This document shows positions 14,411 to 26,722 of a stretch of 64,000 bases of DNA, piece by piece. The notes below the pieces were generated by a model. That model was given only the letters and a program-made list of their open reading frames with translations. It ran no database searches and was not told where the DNA came from. The stretch covers positions 106,826,001-106,890,000 of the forward strand of contig OX597820.1 of the NCBI GenBank assembly GCA_951406725.2, read 5' to 3'. A program made the translations under genes and the position numbers. The DNA comes from Octopus vulgaris. Taxonomy: Eukaryota. Positions within the stretch are counted from its first letter, which is position 1. Every line of letters begins with the position of its first letter.

Positions 14411-17400
14411 GAGTGAAAAAAAGGAACAAATTCTATCACAGTTATGACACCAACAGAATGATGCATGTTGTTATTGTTGAGGCCTGTTCAGTCCATTATA
14501 TTACTTTCCTTACAAAATTAGCCTCAAAATCATTTATCCTCATTATCTCAATGGCTTCTGAATAAGGCACAAGGCTAATAATACCATCATGTCCATTATT
14601 TGGCTGGTACTCTATTTCAAGAGTCCCAAAATGATGAAAGGCAAAATTAACCTTGGCAGGTTTTGAGCTCAGAATGTTAGCAGAAATGCTACTAAGCAAT
14701 TTTTCCAATGCTCTAAATGTTCTGCCAGCTTACTCACTGCTGCCTTTATTGTCATTATCTTAATAATGAGTGAGTGAGTTAACAGAACTGGTAGAGTGCT
14801 TGACAAAATGCTTTGTGGCATTTATCCCTTGATTGGCCCTTTATTGTGTTCAGCTTACACTAGGGTCAACTTTACCTTTCTGCTTTCCAAATCAATAAAA
14901 CCATCAACAATTGGAGTTGATACAACTAATTATAGCCCTCCCACATGATCTTGAAAAAACATGGCAAAGTTTGTAGGGTGACAAGCAAAATAAAATGTCC
15001 TGAAGGATTTAGTTGTTACTTTATATTCCGTGTTCAAATCTCATCAGAGTCAACTTTGGTTTTCAACCTTCCTGGGTTGATAAAATATAGTACCAGCCAA
15101 ATCCTAAGATCAATATAAGCAAATCTTGTTTTTCATTTCAAAAGTGTAGTCTTGTGCCAATATTAGAAATCATTATTATTGTAAGCATAGCTAACAAAAA
15201 ACAAGAGGTAACCTCCTGAGGAGATAAGTCTACTCACCTCAGGAAAGGTACAAACATCACGTAAACCTATTCTCTTCACCAATAAAATATATGGCCTTAT
15301 CCTTAATTAAGGAGTAAAAATATGGTTTCTTTAATTAATTTATGACTACTTTTTTTATTATAATGATTATACTATTGTTATTGATTAGATAAACTTCACA
15401 CATTGAAAATCATCTATACTCCTCAATATTATTTGTTCCCCACTCTAACAGAATGTAATTCCAAATAAAAGTAGAGAATATCCTTCTAAGAAAGTGTATT
15501 GTAGAGATTAATTTAAAAAGCTGAGACACACAAACATTTATTTGATTTAGTGACATACTATGCCTGCATCTCTTGTTGAAGTACTGCACAATCAGTGATA
15601 GTCTTCATCGATTACTGATAGATAAACCTTATTGGCAGCACAGACGTTATGCCTTTCATTTCAGTGGTTCAGGGTTGACACAACGATGAAATACTACCAC
15701 TTTCACTGGTTCAAGCACACAGAAGGTATAGTGTAAAGAAGGGTAGTGATTCTCTGTTTCCCTGCATGGATGTGTCTTCTGTAGAAGTGTTGTATGGTCA
15801 AAGTCATTGACTATACCGATCACCAATGGATAAACATAACTTTAGAAATCTTCATCTTTTGGCTTCTTTATTTCTGTCCCTTTCTTTTATGTATATATTT
15901 TGTAGTAGTTACTAAGTCATTGTTAAATTTCATAGATGAGTTACCATTAAAAAATGTGTTAATATATCTCCTGCTTCTTGAATAGAAAAATATTTTTTGT
16001 CTCTAATATATTATATGCCATTTGCTAAAACTTTAATAACAGACAAGCTACATATAATGTAAGAAGTTGTTACATTATTTAATCTGAAAGCTTAGTTTTT
16101 ACCAGTTAGGATAAAAGTCACTTTTTATAGATGATTATGAGGAATGTGCCAAAACTATAACTTTAAAATGCAGCTACATAGACTTCAGGTAAAAGAATGA
16201 GATGTTGAGGCAAGTGAACACAGAGACATTTAGATATGTTACATATAAAGTGAATCTGATAAAAGGAATTTCATGCATTTGTTGGTTCTTATTTATCAAA
16301 ACCTCCAAAGAACTTCTTTTTTTTTATATCTTTAAAGATTCAAAAAATTTCTAGATTTATATATGTTTCTCATGATATTTGTCTTCAAAATCTCTTTTTT
16401 GAAAATTTTTTCATTTATTAATTTCATAACTGTAGACAATGCGAATCATATATTCAACAATATTTAGGTGATAACACTATTAATAGCATCTCTATGTTAC
16501 TAATGTAACTCTTTGAAAAATGTTAACTCAATCCTGAAAGTTAATGAAACATGTGTTAGTCATAGCATGACTATTATTTAAAGCAGAGAATTGTTTCCCT
16601 GTTGTACCTATTCATAGCTTAGTGATAACAAATCACTAGTTAAGTCTCACAAAATTTGATATTAAAAAGCAGTTATATCCCAAACATCATCCATTCATTA
16701 TACCAATAAACAAAAGATACAAAAGAGACCGATAGAATAAGTAATAGGCTTACTGATAAAGTCCTGGGGTTGATTTGTGCAACTAAAAGGCAGTGCTCCA
16801 GCATGGCTGCAGTCAACAAACAAATAAAAGTATATGTATATATATAAACAAAACATTCAAACACTAAGGTTTGAAATAAGATGTCACTATTGTTAATATC
16901 ATCTGTGGATAAAATTAAAAATTGATGGTATCAACACTAGTAACATAGGTTTGCAGGCAAAAAGCATTATTTAGCTATAAATTACAAATCAGCACAAAGC
17001 ATAAGGATGCAGAAAAGCATCAACCTGCTAGAAATAAGAGCTAAAGTCTTAATTAAACCACTGTAAAGCACCAAGGAAACAGAGAAATAACAGTAGGTGA
17101 GGAAACGGAAAGAATTACTACATTCAAAAGCACAACTATGAAAGATTACGCCATTTAGGACATCTACATACCTGAGTTTCAGCTTTTGGAAATTTAATCC
17201 TTGAGCCTCTTCAGTGTAGACCACCTAATAAAAATTGAAGACCGTCGCATTATATTCCATTAGTGTACTGGTTTTGTTTTGTATAAAAGTATGCATACTG
17301 TCTTAAAAGGGTATGTCTGTTTATAGCTCTTCTAATATATAGTTATATATACATGTATATTACTATATATTTAATATACATATATAACCAATAGAATTAA

Positions 17401-18921
17401 CAAATATAATATTTGTAATATTTCTTTGCACTTTGTATTATTATTGATATTTCAGTTTTAGATATATTATATAAGGACTTTGAAAAATTGCATTTTTCCA
17501 AGTCCTTTTATTGTTTGGGATTAAATGCAGTAATTTCTGCAAATCTACAGATCTTTCCAGTCTATGCTTCCATAAATTTAAGAGATCCACACCTCTTCCA
17601 TTTTCCTGTCTATGGTTGGTAGATGACCCATGGTTGGTAGATGACACCCACAAGAAAAAGTCAAAGACTGCACTGTAAGCCAACAAATAAAATTGCTATT
17701 TTTATGTACAACATTCCCTCTGCTTACAGCTGTGAGACTCTACCATGATGTAGTATCTATTTACAGCTCGGTGAACTGGGCTTTCAGTTGCTATGGACCA
17801 GTAAAATTATATAAGCTTGAATGGAGCTGTTACATTTCAGTAATTAGCTTGTTAGAGAATTATAAATATATCTATCAATGTTTCTCTCCACAATAAGACA
17901 ACCTTCTTTCCTTTTTTGGATTTTAAAGATTATCTTTGTATTATTATAAAGTTTACTGAAGAAATTTTTTATAACTTTGTTTCACTCATCGTTTAATTTC
18001 ATACTTTTATGCATGTTTGCCCATTTGTCTTTTGAATCTCTGATACCATTCTTATATTCTTCCATTCTGATTGGACAAAAATTTCCATTAAAAACTTTAT
18101 CTCTAAAAGCCATTTTAAGCAACTTCCAATTTACCACTGTTCTCAACTTTGCTTATCTATTCTAAATCTACAGTTCCTACTTGAGAGAATGGATGCCTTG
18201 GCACATAATGCAATAAGTAATATTGCAGGTAGAATAACAGAAATGTCTCCTTGGGCTCGAGTAAAAATAAAACAAGTTCTACTCTATGTTAGAGTGAATA
18301 TGTTTAACAATTAAATGCAGCCAATTTGTTAGGTTATGTACTGAATCATTAAAAAAATGACCATATTGGCTGAACAAACAACTCACTGTTATTGTACCAA
18401 CACACAGGTGAGTGTATAATAAATCATAGCAAGCAATCATGTCTAAAGAAGAAAAAATAGACACGACAATATTGCTCTAAATATATTTTTCTGTTTCAAC
18501 TTTTACAGTTTTGTTCACAATCTGACTGAGTCCTGCGCTTCCCCGATCATATATAGATGTAGATATATGCGCACACACACACACACACATACACCACAGT
18601 AACAAACCAAATTAATTTTGGTTGGTTTTGGGGGAAGGCTAGGGTACTGCTTCTGTTGTTTGGTGTCAAGTCTTTAAATTGTTTATACAATCTTGCAGTT
18701 GAAAGTATTAATTATTAATAAAAAGTATTCTTGTTATAAATTTCAAAAATGACAATATTTATGGAAAATGTGATGTACTCCAAGATGTAAAATATGTATA
18801 AAAAAGAAAATTTTAAATAAATCAGAATACCACAAATGTTCATTTTTTTTTTTGCTTTTTTTTTTCTTAATTTGGAATAAGTGATCTGTCCAAAAAGAGA
18901 CTGCACATCACCATCATTTAA

Positions 18922-19137
18922 CCCTTTAGGATTCAGATTACCCTGTAAAATGTGATGCTTATTTATTCTCATTGTTTTGTATTAATCATGCATTATTTTG
19001 TAGCTTCAAGATTTTGATGATGTGATTGTTAATTTTTAGAATGTCATTGCAGGGTAGGTATGAGAGACCAGATGTGGACAATGTGAACATAAAACAGGAT
19101 ATTTGGGTCTGATATGGCTGGTTTAAATGCTAAAGGG
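18922..19137. mobile_element. piggyBac-type MITE (family 1)
   Basis: TTAA|CCCTTTAG...CTAAAGGG|TTAG termini; same family at about 22620-22814 and 45308-46576. Confidence 0.65.
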
Positions 19138-19964
19138 TTAGCATCCACTTTCCCATGCTTGTATGGGTCGGACACAATCCATTGAGACAGGTTTTCTAAA
19201 TTCAGATGCTCTTTCTTTTGTCAATCCTCATCTATTTCTAGGTAAGGTAATAAACATCACTTGTATAATAGTGATGCTCCTTTACAACCATCACATGCTG
19301 TTAAGACAAGGATACGCACATATATACATACAAATCTATCCCTTTATCAATCTTCTCTACCCGCTATTCCTTGTAGGGATGTAGGTGTACACTCCTCAGG
19401 CACTTCCTCCACAGGGTCCTATCAGAAGCAAGCCATCACCAGATTTCTCAGCTGGATTGCCAACTGAGTCTATGGATATTACCCAACCATCTTGTTTCTG
19501 ATCTATTCCTAAGTCAGCTTGGCTTATAGAATCTATCTTGCTCTTCTTTCCTGTAACATTCTAATCACATGCCTGCAGTAATGGAGTTATGACCTGTCAA
19601 TGCAGAGGAGTCACAGCTTGACCTAGAGAGACTCCCTGAGCTACACATCCTATCAAGTAACATTACTCCAGAGACCTTTTGGAGGACCCCCATTCCAGCC
19701 ACTTGTTTTCGTGATCATACTCTTTTACCCAAAATTCATAACCATTGGTGAGGATAGAAATGAAAACCAAATAGAAAATAGTAAGTTTGGTTTTTTTACC
19801 AACCTCTCTACTTCTGAAGAACAAATGCTGGATCTAGCACACTACAGTGACAACAACTGCAATTCTAGCATTCAATTCAGATTTTGTGGTCATTTGTATG
19901 ACTTTAGAAAAAGATGCATAGCTGTACTTGAAAACAGATTAGTACAAATAATCTTGAGAATTCT

Positions 19965-20990
19965 TTTATTACATCTGTTCATTGAATCCATCATTAGCAA
20001 CAACAGCTCCTTCAATATACGACTGGAAGTGTTGAAATGTCCAAATCATATTATCTTTGTCAATTTTGGTTGACTTGAGAGATTGTATGATGTTATGGGG
20101 GTATTCATTGACCTCTCTCTCAACTACACTCCATACATAGTCATGCAGTTGATTGAGGTCTGTTGAGCTAGGAGGCCATGTGTCTGGGAGAACATGATCA
20201 TGGAGATTGGCATGCATCCATGCTCGGGTTGTCCTAGCCTTATGAAATGGCACAGGGTCTTGTTGAAAAACATATGATCTTCTGTTGCATACTCTGTCGA
20301 TCCAGGACCTCACAACTTTCTCCAACACTTCTGAGTAGACAGCAGCCCTATGAAAAAAAGTGAGGAGACATGACATCTTCACTGTTGGCAACTCTCAGAA
20401 CTATTACTGCTGCTGGAAACTTAGCATGCATGACAAGTGGAATCTCATTCAAGTCTCTAAATAACCATCTGTTATTCCTTCAGTTAACCTTTTGGTCTTG
20501 ATCAAAGTTTTTCCCATCAGAGAAAAACCAAAGCATCCAGCCTCTTAGTATTTTAGCTTCTTTAGCAAGCATTTTGTATGGATCAAATGATCCTTTCTTA
20601 TCACCTCCAGCATAAACTAACGTATGACTTGTACCTAATGTCCTCATGCACAACTCTTCTGGTGATGCATTATGAAGCTATAGAATGGCTCTGATTGACT
20701 TTCCATGTTTTTTTTTTATTTCTTTGATTTTGTTTGCAATGTAATAGTGTTCGAATGGTGTTAAGATCCTGCAAATGCATTTTGCGTTTAGCTGCTGATG
20801 TTGGATCCTAATCAGCCGCTCCCAACTTTGACAGCAAAAGATCAAGCAACTTTCAGGAAGTGAGCTATCTCTGTATCACAATGCTATGCTTTTAAGGTAA
20901 TAATTATAGTGTATCTTTTCATTTGCTGAGTCAACCTAATGTCTGAAATTATTTATTTGAAAAGGTAAGAGAAATAAGTTAGAAGAAAGT
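19965..20990 (-). mobile_element. Tc1/mariner (maT, DD37D-like) transposase relic
   Basis: ORF 19969-20391 contains YVFQQDPVPFH...WPPSSTDLNQLHDYVWSVVE, matching the FQQD.A.H / WPP.SPDLNPLD motifs; disrupted. Confidence 0.75.
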
Positions 20991-21449
20991 TAGAGCTCTT
21001 GAAAGAAGTGTCCTCAAAAAACATGCACCCTGTGTGTGTTTATATATATATATATATATACCTCTCCAACTATCTATCTATCCATACATATATATGTGTG
21101 TGTGTGTGTCATTCAAATTTACAGAAAACAAAAGACAAAAAAAGTAAAGGAACAACAAGCAAGTGTATTAGTTTAATGCTCGGGAAGAAAGGAAACGTCT
21201 TTGACATTTCATGCATAAGCTTTTTGTCAGAAAGGAACAAGAGAAAAAAAATGTGTAAGGATTAACAGTTCAACATATATATATATATATATATAACTGG
21301 CTCCTTTCAATTTCTGTCTACCATATTCATTCACAAAGCTTTGGTTGGCCCAAGGATATAGTAGGGAACACTTACCCAAGATACCTTGTAGTGGTATTAC
21401 TGAACTAGAGACTACATGGTTGGAATGCAAGTTTCTTAACCAAAGAGCA

Positions 21450-22450
21450 CAAATGTTTTGAAGAGACTTATCTCGTTCAAAGGTATTTTTTCTCACTTGT
21501 TGATACGCTGCTCTCAACATTTTTTCCCCGTTTTGGAACACATTTTCATCAATCTCTCCTAGCCTCTGAAATTCGTAACCTTACAAGGATTTCAACTTTG
21601 GGACCAAATTTGGAGAATTGGGCAGCTAAAGATTGAGTCATGTCTTGGTCCAAAAACCATGGAAAAAGAGCAACTTGTAAACTGTTCTGTTCTTGAGGCA
21701 TACCTTCAATTTTTTCTTTGTCCATGCCTCAGTACTTCTCTCAATTGTCTCATGTCAAGTAATTTTCTTTTTTGTCTATGTGGAACAAACCCATAATGAA
21801 TGATGCCCTGCCCATAAAAAGTCATCATTTTCAGAATTGAGTGACTCTAATAGGCTTCTTTTGATCCTGATGATGATGATTTCATGCATTGTGACAACTG
21901 TGTTTTGGTTAACATCATATCTTTATACCTGTGTTTTTTTTTATGTTTTGACATAGTAGTTATGCACCAGTGGTTATTATTTTGAGCATTTTTCAGAATC
22001 ATCAGCATTTGAACAATCGAGTAGCTCCTGTCAGTTAATCATTTCATTTTCTTTTTTCATCTGATAGCAGATGCAACATTATGCAGCTTCAAATTTTGTT
22101 TTAAAATCATGTGGCACATTCCCATTATTTCCAAAAGAAGTAGACAACAATCTACTTCTTTGGAAACTTCATGGATAGCCAGGCAATGATTTTCATGGAA
22201 CAAGGCACACACTTTCACAATCTGATTTTCCATTGATCTCTGGTGGTTGTTCTGATGTTGAAATGCTTATGATATTGGGTACAGCTCAGACAGTCCTCCC
22301 CTTGAGTATGTTGCATCATAAGAAAAGTTTTCATTAAGGTTTTCTCAATTTGAAATGGAATTTCATGCAAACACATTGCTCTTCCAAATCCTTCCTTTTT
22401 CAACTTCAGACAAATCACCAAATACATGAAATATATGTTCACGGTGTATA
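21450..22450 (-). mobile_element. Highly degenerate mariner-like transposase relic
   Basis: Fragmentary minus-strand similarity to mariner HTH/DDE regions; many stops; boundaries approximate. Confidence 0.4.
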
Positions 22451-23843
22451 GTGAGCACTAAAGAGTAAGAAATAAATTCCTGGCTAGTTAAATATGTGAT
22501 ATGAGTTTGAGTGCTGGTCAGAGCTATTTGACTTCATTTATTATTTGTACCATTTTGTTGTAAAACACTACCTTTGTTTGCATTATGAAAATAATATAGA
22601 ATTTGAAAAAAATATATTTAAACAGACCACATCCAGTCTATCATTTTTACTTCCAAACTGGCCAGATCTAGCTTCCCACACCTACCCTGCAATGTCATTC
22701 TAAAAATAATCGCATCTTTGAAATTTCAAAGCTACAAGGTAATACAAGATTGATTTTTTTAAAATCTGAATAAATAAGCATTACATTTGACAAAGTAATC
22801 TGAGTGCTAAAGGGTTAAAGTAATGTTTGGCACATAAATTAACCCAAAATGTTATTTGATGTAATGTTTTAATTTAGATCATATTAAAAGAGGAAGTTTG
22901 TGACAAAGAACCAGGAGCAGTCTCAGGTGGGTTGGTATCAAAAAGGTTACAGCTCTCATAACTTGAAATAGAATGCCACAATATTCCATTTTCGCAATCT
23001 CTAAAATAAAACACTTTATACGCAATAAAAAAGAAACCTGTTATATAACTCTGAATCTATATATGATTTCTAGGTTGAAACACTATCAGATTTATGCTTT
23101 GTTTTAGTAAATTACAGGCATATATATTTTTAAAATAACTTAGTTGTGATTCTGTTCTGAAAGGATTTCAGTCATGTTGCTAATTCAATTGAATACAACA
23201 TATTACTGGTAATTAGTTTATCTTTGTTGTACACTTCAACAAAGAATGTACTCAAGACAAAAATGCTGCAAGATGTTTCTACCAACATACCACTTTCAGT
23301 ATATAAAACTGAGAATGTGTGTCTGTCTGTTTCCCTAAAACTTGAGAACTACTCAACCAATTTCATTCAAATTTTACACATGCCTTACTTAGGGTCCAGG
23401 GAGTGTCATCAGCAAAAAAAAATGTTCAACTTCTTGCCTAGAGCGAGCCCATAGCAATATCATATCTTCTCCACTATTTCAGTATTATGTGTTAAAAGTG
23501 AAACAAAAACATTTCTCTATTTTATGTCAGATACTTTCACTTTAACAATAAAAATTAGAGATAATAATAACAATTGAAGTATATGTAGTAAGTAATAATT
23601 AAAATCAAACTAAAGTATAATATAATAAGTAAATCTTGACATAACAAAAGTAAAAATAGCAATTGGTATAAAATTGCATCAATGACTTGAACTTGAATAA
23701 GTGGTTTCACATGAATGGGAATAAATTTAAAATAAAATTAGCATGCACAAATGGAATAGTCCAGATGGATAATAAAAAATTAAATTGAAGAAAAGACTAT
23801 TGTCTATAAAGTATACAATGTAGAGAAAAAAGAAGATTTGAAC

Positions 23844-23857
23844 ACCTGGAGGAAATC
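23844..23857 (+). repeat. Target-site duplication copy 1 (ACCTGGAGGAAATC)
   Basis: One mismatch to the identical copies at 26497-26510 and 31697-31710. Confidence 0.85.
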
Positions 23858-25614
23858 TATTTGCGTGTTGTTATCTGTGATTAGACGTTGAAATTTGTTG
23901 TGCAAAGTGATTAATATCGCGCGAGGCATTTGCCTCCACGTGTGAAAACCTTCCGAAGAAGGTGAATTGACCCTCTAGTCATGGCGACTTACGCGGGGGT
24001 CACGGGAAAGAAAAATAATGATTACTCGATAATCGTGAAGGATGTTTTCTTTGAGAAGAGTAAACTCAAAGAATACGAAAAGCTATTCAAAAGGGAGGGT
24101 GATAGCGTGAAGCTAATCCCCCCCGCGAAAGCAAAAGAGGACAAAGAAAACAAAACTGTAACGTATAGAACCCAGGACAAAAGTACAAAGAAACTGGCAA
24201 GAGTGGAGATAGCAGAGATCGAAAAATGTCTGGGAGACATAATGGATAAATCGACCTACGTGAGTAGAGGAAAAAATTTGGTACGGTGGAGGTGAGATGT
24301 GCAACGGAAGAAATTGCAGCCTCACTGGCTACCACTGTTCTAAGAGCGGAAACATTTATAATGTGGCCCTCATACAAGGGAAGAAGAGGGGTCCGGGTTA
24401 AAATCCCGAATATACCCCCAGAAGTAAAAACAGAATGGCTGGCAACAGCTATTCTAGGAGCAGCAGAAGAGGAAGTGGAGGTGGAATCCTTTAAGGAGTC
24501 CAACGCAGTAAATTGGAGAGGATATGGGGTAGAACTGTGTTTGATGGCCACAAAAGAGGACATTGAAAGGTTCCCCTATAGAATAGAAATCGAAGACGAG
24601 AAAACCCTCAGTGTAATTGTAGAGGGAAGAAAGCCAAACTGCTACTTGTGCGGGACAAGGGGGCACATTAAAAAAGAGTGCCCGTTATACGAATTCATAG
24701 CGGAGTATGAGAAGGAAATTGAAGAAAAGAAGAATACGGTAAATGAAAAAGAAAACATAGAAAAGGAGACAAAACAACAAGAGAAAGGAAATAATAAGTC
24801 AACGAAGGAAAAAGAAATAAAAGAAAAGAAAGAAATAGAACCAAAACAGAGTCAGGAAAAGAAAAAGGAAAAAGAAACAACAGGAAAAAAACAAGAGAGA
24901 GATCAGAATCAAACGAAAAGAAAAGACGGCACACAAAAAGAAAAAGAAAAGGAACATAAAACACGAGAGAAAGAGAGAACAGACAAAGAACCAAAAAGAC
25001 AAGAGAAGGAAGAAGAAAGAAAAGAAGGCAAAAAGAGAGAAAGAGAGAAACAAAGAGAGGAGAACAAGGAAGAAGTAAGCCCGAAAAGAAAAACGAGAGA
25101 AAACGTAGGACGGAAACAAGATTACTACAAGTTAATAACCTTCCATTTCAGCCCCGAAATGAAGGAATTGACATGTAGTACGGAGGGACATGTGTGGGTC
25201 AACAGGATGACTGATCAGTGGCAGGAGACTGCTCTGATCCCCGAAGAAAGAGTCGCTGAGTTCCTCAGAGCAGCTGGAGAGAGTGTAATTTTTTACACGG
25301 GTGTTCGAATGAAAGAGCGGCTGCCTGAGGGCTCAGTGATTGACTTTAGAGACTTGAAAGGTATTATGGAATACGTGTGAGATTGTGAGAGGAGAGAGAA
25401 GAAAGAAGAGAAAAAAGAAAAAAAAAATTGTGAACTATATGTGACGAAAATGTAACCTCTCGATTCCGGGGATCGAGTGGGCATTTGCATCTCATTGTAA
25501 ATATTCTTTCATTTGTCATTTTTATTTTTATTTTTTCCTTTTCTTGTCATTTCGCTTTCTTATTTTAAGTTCCCCGATTGTATTGTCCCCTCTATGTTCG
25601 CCCCTTGTGGGTAG
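23858..25614 (+). mobile_element. ORF1-only (HAL1-like) non-autonomous Tx1-type retroelement, copy A
   Basis: Starts TATTTGCGTGT like the LINE at 26511. Has a single gag-like ORF, no EN/RT, and ends in the 3' tail shared with the LINE, clipped after GGGTAG. Confidence 0.8.
23981..25380 (+). CDS. ORF1/gag-like protein of element A (N-terminal region homologous to LINE ORF1, CCHC knuckle, K/E-rich linker, C-terminal domain); one frameshift near 24271
   Basis: ORFs 23981-24295 and 24286-25380 join at an A6 run to give RGKKFGTVEV. Contains CYLCGTRGHIKKEC zinc knuckle. N-terminal half is colinear with ORF1 at 26723. Confidence 0.75.
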
Positions 25615-26495
25615 AAAAGAAGAATACTGTAAATGAAAAAGAAAACATAGAAAAGGAAACAAAACAACAAGAGAAAGGAAATAATAAGTCAATGAAGGAA
25701 AAAGAAATAAAAGAAAAGTAAGAAATAGAACCAAAACAGAGTCAGGAAAAAGAAACAACAGGAAAAATACAAGAGAGAGATCAGAATCAAACGAAAAGAA
25801 AAGACGGCACACAAAAGGAAAAAGAAAAGGAACATAAAACACGAGAGAAAGAGAGAACAGACAAAGAACCAAAAAGACAAGAGAAGGAAGGAGAAAGAAA
25901 AGAAGGCAAAAAGAGAGAAAGAGAGGAGAACAAGGAAGAAATAAGCCCGAAAAGAAAAATGAAGGAAAACGTAGGACGGAAACAAGATTACTGCTTCTAC
26001 AAGTTAGTAACCTTCCATTTCTGCCCTGAAATGAAAGACTTGACATGTAATACGGAGGGACATATATGGGTCAACAGGATGACCGATCAGTGGCAGGAGA
26101 CTGCTCTAATCCCCGAAGAAAGAGTCGCTGAGTTCCTCAGAGCTGCCGGAGAGAGTGTAATATTTTACATGAGTGTTCGAGTGAGAGAGCGGCTGCCTGA
26201 GGGCTCAGTGATGGACTTTAGAGAATTGAAAGCTATTATGGAATATGTATAGAATTGTGAGAAGAAAAAAAAAAAAAAAAAAAGAGAAAAAAGAAAATAT
26301 TGTGAAATATATGTGACGAAAATGTAACCTCTCGATTCCGGGGATCGAGTGGGCATTTACATCTCATTGTAAATATTCTTTCATATGTCATTTTTTACTT
26401 TTATTTTTTCCTTTTCTTGTCATTCGCTTTCTTATTTTAAGTTCCCCGATTGTATTGTCCCCTCTATGTTCGCCCCTTGTGGGTAGTAATAAAAT
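25615..26495 (+). mobile_element. 5'-truncated sister copy B of the ORF1-only element
   Basis: Homologous to 24725-25614 with substitutions and in-frame indels; complete 3' tail ...GGGTAGTAATAAAA; C-terminal ORF 25959-26252. Confidence 0.85.
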
Positions 26496-26496
26496 C

Positions 26497-26510
26497 ACCT
26501 GGAGGAAAGC
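26497..26510 (+). repeat. Target-site duplication copy 2 (ACCTGGAGGAAAGC)
   Basis: Identical to 31697-31710; lies between the 3' tail of B and the 5' end of the LINE. Confidence 0.85.
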
Positions 26511-26722
26511 TATTTGCGTGTATAGTAAGTTATTATATTTTGCCGTCGTATTTATTCTCTCCGTTATATTCTACTGTGTGTCTACCTGTCTTTGTTTATT
26601 GTTGTACAACTGTTGAAGTCAGCCTTCGTGCGAGGACTCCGTGGTGGTGTTCCCCCCTTCGTGGGGGAAAAAATATCATTTATCTTGGATTTACCAAGGG
26701 CTTGTTAAGCCAGTTGTTCGAG

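Noticed and set aside
6330-19467. Numerous 60-110 aa ORFs in the intergenic region
   Set aside because: They lie in SINEs, microsatellites or AT-rich DNA and have no domain motifs, apart from the transposase relic listed as a feature.
23844-23857. Target 14-mer as part of an snRNA/tRNA gene (classic Tx1 targets)
   Set aside because: Only ACCTGG resembles the U1 5' end; the flanks translate as an ORF1 relic and show no RNA-gene structure.
24695-26046. F/L/S-rich 'membrane protein' ORFs on the minus strand
   Set aside because: Antisense shadows of the purine-rich K/E linker.
24725-26495. LTR pair suggested by the roughly 880-bp direct repeat
   Set aside because: The repeats are adjacent, include coding sequence, lack TG..CA ends, PBS and PPT, and are 3' parts of two non-LTR-type copies.
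26450-26722. N-terminal 91 aa of the 539-aa ORF in the track
   Set aside because: Starts at TTG inside the tail of B and crosses the TSD; the plausible start is the ATG at 26723.
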